A stretch of 64,000 nt of DNA from Haliotis rufescens (Eukaryota): NCBI RefSeq assembly GCF_023055435.1, contig NW_025964223.1, positions 45,384,001 to 45,448,000 of the forward strand, in the 5' to 3' direction. The notes below the pieces were generated by a model, which was not told the origin of the DNA, searched no databases, and worked only from the letters and a program-made list of their open reading frames with translations. This document shows positions 1-12,830 of the stretch, piece by piece (the stretch's first letter is position 1; the number at the start of each line of letters is the position of its first letter). The position numbers and the translations under genes were made by a program.

Positions 1-3000
1 GCATTTATGGTGAAAATTATATTGAGTGGCACTTCATTGTCACGAAGACACCCTTGAGAGAGAAGAGTTTGAAGAAGATATTTCGATTCATTCATTGCTA
101 TGAATACATTCAGTGACACTTCACTGTCACGAAGTCACCTTGGATGTAGAAGAGTTCTATGACATCTCGAGGCATTGATTGTCATTATGACATTGAATGG
201 CACTTCATTACCACGAAGATACCCTTGAGACAGAAGATATTGAAGGGGATATTTCTATGCATTCATTGCTGAGGATACGTTAAGTGACATTTCACTGTCA
301 CAAAGACAACCTGGAGGAAGAAGAAATCCGTGGGGACATTTCGAGGCATTGATTGCTAACTTTATATTGAATGGCACTTATCCGCCACGAAGACACCCTT
401 GAGACAGAAGAGTTTGAAGAGGATATTTCCATTTATTCATTGCTGAGGATACGTTCAGTGACACTTCGCTTTCAGGAAAACACCCTGGAGGCAGAAGAAT
501 TCCATCAAGACATTTTGATTCATTGATTGCAAAGAATACATTCAGTGACACTTCACTGTCACGAAGACACCTTGGATGCAGAAGAGTTCCATGATATTTC
601 CAGGCATTGATTGCCAAGAATATATTGAGTGGCACTTCACTGTCACAAAGACAACCTGGAGGCAGAAGAAATACCTGAGGACATTTCGATTCATTGATTG
701 CTATGAATACATTCCTTTACACTTCACTGTCACGAAGACACATTGAATGCAGAAGAATTCTATGACATCTCGAGGCATTGATTGCCAAGATAATATTGAG
801 TGGCACTTCACTGTCACGAAGACACCCTTGAGAGAAAAGGGTTTGAAGAGGATATTTCGATTCATTGATTACATACATTCAGTGACACTTCACTGTCACG
901 AAGACGCCTTGGATGCAGAAGGGTTCTATGACATCTCGAGGCGTTGATTGCCAAGATAATAGTGAGTGGCACTTCACTGTCACGAAGACACCCTTGAGAC
1001 AGAAGAGTTCTATTACATTCGATGAGGACATTTCGAGGCATTGATTGTCAAGATTACATTCAGTGACACTTCACTGTCACGAAGACACCTTGGATGCAGG
1101 AGAATTCTCTGACATCTCGAGGCATTGATTGCCAAGATTATATTGAGTGGCACTTCACTGTCACGAAGACACCCTTGAGAGAGAAGAGTTTGAAGAAGAT
1201 ATTTCGATTCATTCATTGCTATGAATACATTCAGTGACACTTCACTGTCACGAAGTCACCTTGGATGTAGAAGAGTTCTATGACATCTCGAGGTATTGAT
1301 TGCCAACTTTATATTGAATGGCAATTCACTGCCACGAAGACTACCTTGAGACAAGAGTTTGAAGAGGATATTTCCATTCATTCATTTCTGAGGATACGTT
1401 CAGTGACACTTCCCTGTCAGGAAAACACCCTTGAGGCAGAAGAATTCCATCAAGACTTTTTGATTCATTGATTGCAAAGAATACATTCAGTGACACTTCA
1501 CTGTCACAAAGACATCTTGGATGCAGAAGGGTTCTATGACATCTCGAGGCGTTGATTGCCAAGATAATATTGAGTGGCACTTCACTGTCACAAAGACACC
1601 CTTGAGACAGAAGAGTTCTATTACATTCGATGAGGACATTTCGAGTCATTGATTGTCAAGATGACATAGAGTGACACTTCACTGTCACAAAGACACCCTG
1701 GAGGCAAAAGAATTCCATGAGAACATTTCGAGACATTGATTGCTGAGAATACATTCCTTGACACTTCACTGTCACGTAGACACCTTGGATGCAGAAGAAT
1801 TCTATGACATCTCGAGGCATCAATGGTCAAGATTATATTGAGTGGCACTTCATTGTCACGAAGACACCCTTGAGAGAGAAGAGTTTGAAGAGGATATTCC
1901 CATTCATTCATTGATATGAATACATTCAGTGACACTTCACTGTCAAGAAGACACCTTGCATGCAGAAGAGTTCAATGATATTTCCAGGCATTGATTGCCA
2001 AGAATATATTGAGTGGCACTTCATCATCACGAAGACACCCTTGAGACAGAAGAGTTTGAAGAGGATCTTTCAAGGGATGTATTGCTAAAAATATATTCAG
2101 TGACACTTCACTGTCACAAAGACAACCTGGAGGCAGAAAAAATACCTGAGGACATTTCGATTCATTGATTGCTATGAATACATTCCTTTACACTTCACTG
2201 TCACGAAGACACATTGAATGCAGAAGAATTCTATGACATCTCGAGGCATTGATTACCAAGATCATATTGAGTGGCACTTCACTGTCACGGAGACACCCTT
2301 GAGAGAGAAGGGTTTGAAGAGGATATTTCGATTCATTCATTGCTGAGGATACGTTCAGTGACACTTCACTGTCACAAAGACACCCTGGAGGCAGAAGAAT
2401 TCCATGAGAACATTTCGAGACATTGATTGCTATGAATACATTCCTTGACACTTGACTGTCACGAAGACACCTTGGATCTAGAAGAAATCTCTGACATCTC
2501 GAGGCATTTATGGTGAAGATTATATTGAATGGCATTTCATTGCCACGAAGACACATTTGAGACAGAAGAGTTTGAAGAGGATATTTCTATTCGGTCATTG
2601 CTGAAAATACGTTCGGTGACAGTTCACTGTCAGGAAAAAAGCCTTGAGGCAGAAGAATTCCATGAGGACGTTTCGAGGCATTGATTGCTGAGAATACATT
2701 CCTTGACACTTCATTGTCACGTAGACACCTTGGATGCAGAAGAATTCTCTAACATTTCGAGGCACCAATGGTCAAGATTATATTGAGTGGCACTTAATTG
2801 TCACGAAGACACCCTTGAGAGAGAAGAGTTTGAAGAGGATATTTCGATTTATTCATTGCTATGAATACATTCAGTGCTATGAATACATTCAGTGACACTT
2901 CACTGTCACGAAGTCACCTTGGATGTAGAAGAGTTCTATGACATCTCGAGGTATTGATTGTTAACTTTATATTGAATGGCACTTCACTGCCACGAAGACA

Positions 3001-6000
3001 CCTTGGATGCAGAAGGGTTCTATGACACCTCGAGGCGTTGATTGCCAGATAATATTGAGTGGCACTTCACTGTCACGAAGACACCCTTGAGACAGAAGAG
3101 TTCTATTACATTCGATGAGGACATTTCGAGGCATTGATTGTCAAGATGACATTCAGTGACACTTCACTGTCACGACGACACCTTGGATGCAGAAGAATTC
3201 TCTGACATCTCGAGGCATTTATGCTGAAGATTATATTGAGTGGCACTTGATTGTCACAAAGACACCCTTGATACAGAAGAGTTTGAAGGGGATATTTCTA
3301 TTCATTCATTGCTGAGGATACGTTCAGTGACATTTCAATGTCACAAAGAGACCCTGGAAGCAGAAGATTTTCCGTAGGGACATTTCGAAGCATTGGTTAC
3401 TAAGAATACGTTCAGTGACACTTCACTGTCACGAAAACACCTTGGATGCAGAAGAATTCTCTGACATCTCGAGGCATTAATGGTCAAGATTTTATTGAGT
3501 GGCACTTCATTGTTACGAAGACACCCTTGAGACATGAGATTAAAGTGGATATTACGAGGCATGTATTGCTATTAAAACATTCAGTTACACTTCACTCTCA
3601 CGAAGCATCTTGGATGCAGAAGAGTTCCTTGAAATCTCGACGCATTGATTACAAAGATTATATTGAGTGGCACTTCACTGTTACGAAGACACCCTTGAGA
3701 CAGAAGAGTTTGAAGAGGATATTTCTATTTTTTGATCGCTAAGGAAACGTTCCGTGGTACTTCATTTTCAGGAAGACACCCTGGAGGTACAAGAATTCCA
3801 TGAGGACATTTCGAGGCATTGATTGCTAAGAATGCATACAGTGACACTTAAATATCACTTAAAGTCGCCATTGAAGGAGAAGAGTTGTAAAAGGAAATCT
3901 CGAGGCATTGATTGCCAAGAATACATTCCTTGACATTTTACTGTCACGATGACACCCTTTAGTCACAAGAGTTCCAAGAGGACATCTCGAGACATTGATT
4001 GCTGAGAATATTTTAAGTGTCACTTTGCTGTCACGACGACACCATGGAGGCTGAAAGGTGCCTAGGTATCTTCTCAAAAACATTGATGGCCAAGAGGATA
4101 GTCTGTAACAAATCACAAAAGAGACACAGACGAGTTGCAAGGAGACGTCTGGAGGCAATGGTTGCCAAGAGTCTGTTCAGCGGCAATTGACTGTCACGAA
4201 GAAACACAGGAAGCATTTGAGTGCCAACAAGACTTCTGGGGGCAGAAAATAACCAAGAAGACCCTCTATAGGAATATGTCTGCCAATAAGACATCCTTGA
4301 GGCAAAATGCATCACCAGGAGACTCTCCGGTACCAGGTTTCCCACCTTCCATGGTCACTAGTACCAAATAAGACCTCTGGAGACCTCTATCTAAGGGTCG
4401 GGTATGCTTCTGAGGCACGTTCGGTTCAGAGATTTAACACTGCACTAACCTGCACTAACCTGCACTAACCCGCATTAACAACCTGAGCTAAGGGGCATTA
4501 CTTTATAGAAAGACACTTCCCAATTCTTTAGATTTAGGTTCAAAATCGGGGATTGTTTGGTTGTCAGAGGCAGTGTCGGCCTCTTTGTATCCGCCTGAAG
4601 CATGCCCGACCACTGGATAACGACGGTCACACACTGGAGGCAAAAGGGGGTCAAGATGACTTATGAATGCAGTGATGCTGCTAATAAGATATTCAGTGGA
4701 CATTGACTGTCACGAAGGCACAATGGAGGCAGAAGAGATTGATTGCCAAGAAGATATTCAGTGACACTTCACTGTCAGGAAGACACCCTTGAGAGAGAAG
4801 AGTTTGAAGAGGATATTTCGAGGCATGGATTACCAAGATTATATTGAGTGGCACTTCATTGTCACGAAGACCACCTTGCGACAGATAAGTTTCAAGAGGA
4901 TATTACGAGGCATGGATGGCTAAGAATATACTCCTTGACATTTCACTGCCACAAAGACACCTTGGATGCAGAAGAGTTCTATGACATCTCCATGCATTAA
5001 TTGTGAAGATCATATTGAGTGGCACTTCACTGTCACGAAGACACACTTGAGACAGAAGAGTTTGAAGAGGATATTTCTATATATTGCTGAGGATACGACA
5101 TTTGACTGTCACAAAGACACCTTGGAGGCAGAAGAATTCCATGAGGACATTTCGATTCTTTGATTGCTAAGAATACATGCAGTGACACTTCACTGTCACG
5201 AAGACACCCTTGGATGCAGAAGAATTCTCTGACATCTCGAGGCATAGATTGCCAAGATTATATTGAGTGGCACTTCATTGTCACGAAGACACCCTTGAGA
5301 CAGAAGGCTTTCAAGAGGATATTTCTATTCATCGATTAAATACATTCAGTGACACTTCACTGTCACGAAGACACCTTGGATGCAGAAGGGTTCTGTGACA
5401 TCTCGAGGCATTGATTGCCTAGATTATATTGAGTGGCACTTCATTGTCACGAAGGCACCCTTGAGAGAGAAGGGTTTGAAGAGGATATTTCGATTCATTG
5501 ATTAAATACATTCATTGACACTTCACTGTCACGAAGACACCTTGGATGCAGAAGGGTTCTATGACATCCCGAGGCGTTGATTGCCAGATAATATTGAGTG
5601 GCACTTCACTGTCACGAAGACACCCTTGAGACAGAAGAGTTCTATTACATTCGATGAGGACATTTTGAGGCATTGATTGTCAAGGTTACATTCAGTTACA
5701 CTTCACTGTCACGAAGACACCTTGGATGCAGAAGAATTCTCTGACATCTCGAGGCATTTAGGGTGAAGATTATATTGAGTGGCACTTGATTGTCACAAAG
5801 ACACCCTTCAGACAGAAGAGTTTGAAGGGGATATGTCGAGGCATGTATTGCCAAGAATATATTCAGTGACACTTCACTGTCAGGAAGACACTCTGGAGAC
5901 AGAAGAATTCCATGAGGACATTTCGATTCTTTGATTGCTATGAATACTTTCAGTAACTCTTCACTGTCACGAAGATACTTTGGATGCAGAAGGGTTCCAT

Positions 6001-7385
6001 GATATTTCCAGGCATTGATTGCCAAGATTATATTGAGCGGCACTTCACTGTCAAGAAGACAGCCTTGAGACAGAAGAGTTTAAAGAGGATATTTCGAGGC
6101 ATGTATTACTAAAAATATATTCAGTGACACTTCACTGTCAGGAAGACACCTTGAATGCAGAAGAGTTCTGTGACATCTCGAGGCATTGATTGCCAATATT
6201 ACATTCGATGACACTTCACTGTCACGAAGACACCCTAGAGGCAGAAGAATTCCATAAGGGCATTTCGATTCATTGATTGCTAAGAAAACATTCAGTGACA
6301 CTTCACTGTCACGAAGACACCTTGAATGCAGAAGAATTCTATGACATCTCGAGGCATTGATTGCCAAGATTACATTCGGTGACACTTCACTGTCACCAAG
6401 ACACCCAGAGGCAGAAGAATTCCATGAGGACATTTCGATTCATTGATTGCTAAGAATACATGCAGTGACACTTCACTGTCACGAAAACACCTTGGATGCA
6501 GAAGAGTTCTATGACATCTCGAGGCATTGATTGCCAAGATTATATTGAGTGGCACTTCATTGTCACGAAGACCCCCTTGAGACAGAAGGCTTTCAAGAGG
6601 ATATTTCTATTCATCGATTGCTAAGGATACGTTACGTGCCAACTTGGAGGCAGAAGAGTGGCATTTATCATGAGGAGGCAACGACAGGCAAGGATATATT
6701 CAGTGTCAATACAATGTCACGAAGACACCCTGGAAGCAGAAGAATTCCATCTCGAGGCATGGATTGCCAAGAATATATTGAGTGGCACTTTACTGTCAAA
6801 AAGACACCCCGCATTCAGAAGAGATTCATAAGAGGACATTTCGAGGCATTGATTGCTGAGGATATATTCTATGATACTTCTTCGTCACGAAGACACCCTG
6901 GAGCCAGAAGAGATCCATGAGGACATCTCGATGCATTGATTGCCAATATTTTTAAAATGGCACTTCCTGTCACGAAGACATCTTGGATGCAGAAGAGTTC
7001 TAAGAGGCCATTTCCAGGCATTGATTACTAAAAAAAATTAAATGACACTTCACTGTCATGAAGACACCCAGGTGGCAGAAGATTTCCATGAGGACAAATC
7101 GAGGCATTCATTGCCAAGAATATATTTTGCGTAACTTCACTTTCACGATGACACCGTGGAGACAGAAGAATTCCAATCGGCCGTTTTGAGGCGTTGATTA
7201 CAAAGAATATTTTCAATGACACTTCGCTGTCATGAAGAGGTATGAAAGTTCCAAGAATGTTAATCTCGAAGCATTGATTGCTAAGTGATAATTCACTGTC
7301 ACGAAATTATTCGAGACCTCTTGAGGAAATGATTGCCAGAAGATATTCAGTGTCACTGTCACGAGGGCACCCTGGAGGCAGAACA
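1..7385. repeat. Complex satellite array of 84- and 87-bp monomer variants; continues off the left edge and decays at the right end
   Basis: The core (c/g)agt(g/a)(a/g)cacttcactgtcacgaagacacc recurs throughout, e.g. at 543 and 627 (84 bp apart), and the next unit is 87 bp. Three main variants follow the core: cttggatgcagaag, cccttgagacagaagagtttgaagagg and cctggaggcagaagaattccatgagg. The many short repetitive ORFs here are translations of the repeat. Confidence 0.95.
4300..4690. other. Non-satellite interruption inside the satellite, containing a (tgcactaacc)x3-4 10-bp tandem at 4441-4479
   Basis: The monomer pattern is lost between ~4300 and ~4690, and the flanking monomers (3850-4300) are more diverged. 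Confidence 0.7.
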
Positions 7386-9363
7386 GTGCCTTTCACTTCA
7401 GTGTCTATTTCTGCAGGTATTTGTTAGGTCACATTGACCTATTTTCAATGAAAAGCATGAACAATATTTTCGTTGTGACATAGAATTCCATCATGACACT
7501 TCATATTGGGTTTTATATACTGGTTAACCCTTGAAAATATTGCAGTTGATATTGATAATGTCAAGGTCACGTGTTCTCAATAATAAAACTCGTTCAATGT
7601 AGTTACAATTAATTGAAATGACGAAGACCTACTATAAGGTCTAAATGACTAGGCAATCAAATGCAATTTTCCATAATCATCCCCCAAATGTTTTCACGTC
7701 GAAGGTCAGCATTCATGTTTGTTTGTTTGTTTGTTTTTGTTAAGTGTATTCTAGATTATCTGGACATAGCACTGAAAAACATTAAAATGACAAACCAATT
7801 AATTCCTAAGATCGATTGGTTGGCACGTCACTAGTTCAGCAATTATGATTTTACAACCAGTTCTCATCACCAGTTGTGGATGGACGACGTCCTGAGGGTG
7901 GCGCTTTGAAGTGATGAGGTTTTGAGTGACCTTCTATGAAGATTAAGGTCACTGGATTGGTCTGTCTTAAGGTACTTCTGCTCCTTTCTGTACTGAGGAA
8001 ATAATGTGTGTGTATAACATGTTTGTAAGAGCTAACACCTATGTTTTTAACTAAAAATAATCAAACATGTGATTCTCTTAAATTGAGGTCAAGGTCATTA
8101 CACCAAAAGTGCTTATAACTTTCTGTTTATGGTAGCTTGTGGAATAACACTTTCTGTTTTGAAGTTGTCTTCTTTCCAAACGGGAAATGATGTCATTTAA
8201 CTGGAAGTGCCAACAACTTTCTTAGTCATGTTGATGCAGAACTGTTTTTAGGTTGTGATGCATTGAGCTTATGTTATGTTTGGCCTTTACTACAATTAAG
8301 TCAGTTTGTCTGTTTTCCCATTACAGAGGTGAAGTTATCAAACCAAGAGTGCTTACATTGACAGCTTGAGGAACAGGACTAATTTCTACTGCATTTGGCA
8401 ACATGAGGTATCCGTGATGAATCTAAAACATGTATTGATGAGAGCATCTGTCACTTGAGTAGATGGACGTTAAAATGGGTCATGATACACGCTTGTTGTG
8501 GTAAAGTTTTCGCTATTCAAGAAAAAATATGTAGGGACTAGTTCTGTGTTGCATGTAATTTAATATATTTATTCATATATGTTTTACATGTTTGTCCTTG
8601 CATCTGTAGGTAGTTGTAGAATAGCATTACTGTTGTAAATATGTAAGCTTAGTGCCATAAGGTAGAAATGGATCGATGCTGTCAGTGCCATTCAAATTGA
8701 TTAGCAGAGACAGATAGCATTAATTATGAGAAACAATACGCGCTGAAAATCAATGTTACGACAATACTAATTCTACATGTCACCAATTTGTAAGTGCTTA
8801 CTTGTAACGTTGTCTTTCTTTTTCATTCAGTATGAATCACTTGATCCACCAAGACTTGAACGAGCTGTGGAGGACAAGTAGTTGGTACCTGACAAAGGCC
8901 ACTGTGATGGGCATTACTTGCACCGGGTACCACCTGGAAAACTCGCAGTTGTGCCCCGAATGATTGTGCACCGTCCTCTAATCACTCGAACGTGATGCCA
9001 CACTTACAACTACTGTGGGACTAGGTGGTTTCAATATCATACTTGTGAGGCTGACTTTCATTAACTATAGTGTCACGCCATTTTTCTGTATCAAACCATG
9101 TATAATAAAAGTATGAAAAATCCACCATTTGGTTTTCATTGTAGCTAATCGGGCATTTGAAGCCATGAGAGTATGAAATGATTTGTTGAAAATCTTGATA
9201 TGATTCCCTAGTCTATCAGGCCAAATGATTTTCTCTTACTGCAAAATATATTGATTGACTACAGAGCCTAATGTTTCAACACCAACATGTTGTTTACTAC
9301 AAAAATGACTGCTGAGCGATATTTTGAAGTACATAATACAAAGTGGTAAATAATAAATGGCTG

Positions 9364-9410
9364 GCAGAAATTTCTGGAGGAATAAAAGAGATTCTTCCAG
9401 AAATTTCTGC
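9364..9410. other. 20-bp inverted repeat (hairpin) with a 7-nt loop
   Basis: gcagaaatttctggaggaat-aaaagag-attcttccagaaatttctgc has one G:T mismatch, and each arm contains the palindrome cagaaatttctg. Confidence 0.85.
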
Positions 9411-9735
9411 AGTACAAAACAAATCAGTCAGAATTTTCTTCAGAAATGCATTTAAGCTCATTTGAGGAACATAAACTTTCCAATGTTCCTGTGTGTTCCA
9501 GTAGGCTCGATCCCTTTATGGTCATGTTCGGACTGCTGACCATTCCAAAGTTGTATCGCCTCTCCTTCATGTAAGTTATATCCCAGCGTGTTACATGTAG
9601 GTTCATGCGGAGGAAACGTCTGAAGCGGTACAGAACGTAGGAGAACCCAAATGTCAATAAAATGATAAAATATAAAACCTAGCAAATTCGAAAATTAGGC
9701 TACCAAAAATACAGTGCTCTCGCTGTCAGTAGACA

Positions 9736-11810
9736 ATGCATTTGTTTAAAAACAACAGACAAACATTAGACCACATTCTACACCTAGAACAAGACATTAG
9801 GACTGCGCAATCAATGAAACAATACACCCTGACCATCTTTATAGATTTCAGCAAAGCTTTCGACATGGTTTGGCATAACGGCCTCCTTAAAAAACTCGAA
9901 AATAATCATATCAATGGGAGAATACTAAACTTCATTCACTCTTTCCTGACAGACAGACACATCACCGTTAAATCCCATCAAACCCTATCCGACACACACC
10001 CCATTGAAAACGGTACTCTGCAAGGAAGCATCTCATCGCCAACACTATTCAATTTTATGATAAATGACATCTTCTCAGATTCCAAAAATAAAGAAAAAAA
10101 TACCTTCGCAGATGACGTTTCCCTTTGGACCTCCTCGGCCTCAATCAATTTATTAAAAACCAGAATGCAATCTGCTTTAAACAATATCAAAAAAGGGCTT
10201 CCAACTGGGGATTCCAAATCAACACCAAAAAGACCATTGGCATGCTCATGAAAAAACAATATATGCAAAATTACACACCCAAACTTCACTTAATGACAAA
10301 GAAATTACATACCAAAAAGAAGCTAAGTTCCTAGGGGTTACATTTCCACCGACACCTTACATGGGGCCCCCATATATCAAAATTGGTCAACTCTTGTGAA
10401 AAGGATTTAAACTTAATGAGAGCTATTAAAGGTAACAATTGGGGGTCTGACAAACAAACCCTCCTCAACATCTACAAAACACTTATTCAATCCAAAATCG
10501 ACTGCGCCGCTCCGGTCCTAAGCGGCATTTCAACTACTAACTACAACAAAATAAAATCAATTCAAATATAAGGCCCTCAAAATAGCTACCGGCACCAGGA
10601 CTGGTACCTCACACCACGCCATACTCATGACCAACACTATCTCCATTACACACAGAATACAACAGACAATCCTCAACTACTGGGCTGGGGCACAACACAA
10701 TCCAATCTTTAAAATACACAAACAAAAATATAACAACATTAACAAACAAACGGCATTCAAATTCAATAAATCCCCTGACCAAGCCCCATACATGACCCAC
10801 CTACACAAGCTAATACACACCCACAATCTAGGCAATATATCACACACACACCCCTCCCTACAATACATAGCCGACCTCCCACCCCCCCTAGTTGACACAA
10901 CGCTCCACGAACTTTTCATACAAAGCCCCGGCACCCCAACTGCAAAAAAAGGCCGAAGCAACCCTTAGACACCTCCACAATAACTGGCCGACACACACTT
11001 ACATTTACACCGACGCATCCCAAACCAATGGAAAAACAGGACTAGGAATACACATAGACCAACAACCCCCCCCCCCCCCCCGTCACTTTCACTATAAAAA
11101 CTTCACTAACAATAACACAGGGGAACTATTAGCCATATCCTTACAGCAATACACGCTATCAAAACAAAACTTTCTAATAATATCAGACTCACTTATCAGA
11201 CTCACTAACATCAACAACATTATTACCCTCAGCAACCAACTTAACAACAACAACAAACAAATCAGTCTACTCTGGGCCCCGGGACACACAAATATACCAG
11301 GCAATAACACAGCACACATCGCAGCCAATATAGCCACCCAACAGCCCTCATTAGAAATCTATTTCCATACCTCCAAAGCGGAGATCAAGAACAAATTTAA
11401 AAAGTCTATAAAACTTCAAAACTACAACAATATAATCCAAAACACTAACTCGCAATGGCTCAAAACACTTTTTACGCAATACAATCTCAAATGTCGCAAC
11501 TATAACAGCTCTAACCATTTGGACAATATTATATCAAGAATCATCAGCGGAAATACCAACCTCAACCACAATCTACACAAACAAGGCAGACACCCGGACG
11601 GGAAATATACATATTGTAATCAACCAGAAGACTTATATCATATTTTTAACAGCTGTCCTTTCTATAACACCCTTCACTCCGAACTTTATCACGCTATCCC
11701 TCCTAACTATAAACAAAACCTCCCACTACTTTTCAACCCTTCCAACCCTATCTACATCTTCAATGCATAACGCAATTCATCATCAAAGCCGACCTTATAG
11801 ACCGAATTTA
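9736..11810 (+). mobile_element. 5'-truncated, frameshifted non-LTR retrotransposon ORF2 (RT + RNase H + C-terminal Cys/His motif; I/Nimb-like clade)
   Basis: RT motifs FIDFSKAFDMVWH, QGSISSPTLFN and FADD (9736-10251). RNase H motifs IYTDAS, GELLAI, IISDS and LLWAPGHTNIPGN (10892-11770). Degenerate YCNQPEDLYHIFNSC knuckle. Several frameshifts. Confidence 0.9.
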
Positions 11811-11889
11811 GAACCTCCCAAACAAATCTATACAACATAACTATGCCCTAGTAAACAAACACCCCAACTTTCGGATCGGGATCGAAATT

Positions 11890-12830
11890 TCCAACACGAG
11901 TCGCCCTCTCCGACGTCCGTGCCTATAACCCCAGTTAACCATACACTAACTCAATAGAGTCGTTAAGCCAGCCGGCGCCAACAACAAGCCCACACCGCAC
12001 GCCACCAAACCACGTCAAGATTGTTGTATTTTCTACCCATGACCAACTCCAAGCTTTGCAGTCTGCAGACACTGTATACATGGACGGAACATTTACATCT
12101 TGCCCAGATCTGTGGAACCAGGTATACATCATACATGCAGGAAGTCGTTCCTGTATGTGCCCACTTGTCTTCGCCCTCCTGCCTGACAGACAGACCACAA
12201 CTTACGCCAGACTGTTCAGCCGACTCAAAACAGAAGTCCAACAGAGATTCAACCGTCCCCTCGCTCCTGCCACTGTCCAGACGGATTTTGAGAAGGCTGC
12301 CATTCGTGCCGTCAACACAGAGTTCCCGAATGCCGACGTCAAAGGTTGTTTTTTTCATTATTGTCGGGCGATCTGGCGGAAGACACAGGATCTTGGATTA
12401 GCAGTACAGTACAAGGAAGGTCCTGGATCAGAAGAGCTGCTGGACTTGCCCTCCTGCCCTTGCGTGATGTCCAGGACACCTGGTTGGATGCTAAGCAGGC
12501 AACTCCACCAGTTCCGAGAACTGAAGACTTTAATGACTATATGGTCATCAACTATATGGTCATCAATTGACGATGATGCTCGGTTTCCAATACCTCTCTT
12601 GAATCACCACTCTCTTGAATCATCACAGCGGGCCCTCGCACCAACAACAATCTTGAGGGATTTCACCATGGCCTTAACAGAACCTTACCCCACCGCCACC
12701 CGAATATCTACCGATTTGTAGAAGTGATTAAGAAGACTGAGTGTGCAGACAGGACAAAAACAGTTAGACTTTGGTGCCGCCCCACCAAGTTCCTTGATGC
12801 TGTTGGTCATCTTCTCAAACTTGGTTAAGA
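11890..12830 (+). mobile_element. Decayed Mutator-like (MULE) transposase fragment
   Basis: YMDGTF...QVYIIHA...PLVFALLPD...DFEKAAIRAV...GCFFHYCRAIWRK is the canonical MULE DDE region. RTNNNLEGFH follows in another frame near 12640. Frameshifted. Confidence 0.88.

Noticed and set aside
543-900. Plus-strand frame of the satellite in which the stops are mostly TGA (selenoprotein or recoding idea)
   Set aside because: The TGA is simply part of the repeated monomer. The frame is broken by indels elsewhere and I recognised no SECIS or gene structure.
378-7222. Many 60-120 aa ORFs with 28/29-aa periodicity (C2H2 zinc-finger or RI-type LRR periods)
   Set aside because: There is no CxxC/HxxxH/TGEKP or LxxLxLxxN pattern. 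Frequent stops and non-3n indels (e.g. the +7 variant) indicate satellite translations.
1-7385. CRISPR-like appearance (palindromic repeat at regular spacing)
   Set aside because: The intervening sequences are homologous to each other rather than unique spacers, the context is eukaryotic and there are no cas genes.
8326-9110. Two exon-like segments (ag|8328-8408|gt and ag|8831 onward) followed by AATAAA
   Set aside because: No sustained ORF and no recognisable protein similarity; cannot be supported without transcript data.
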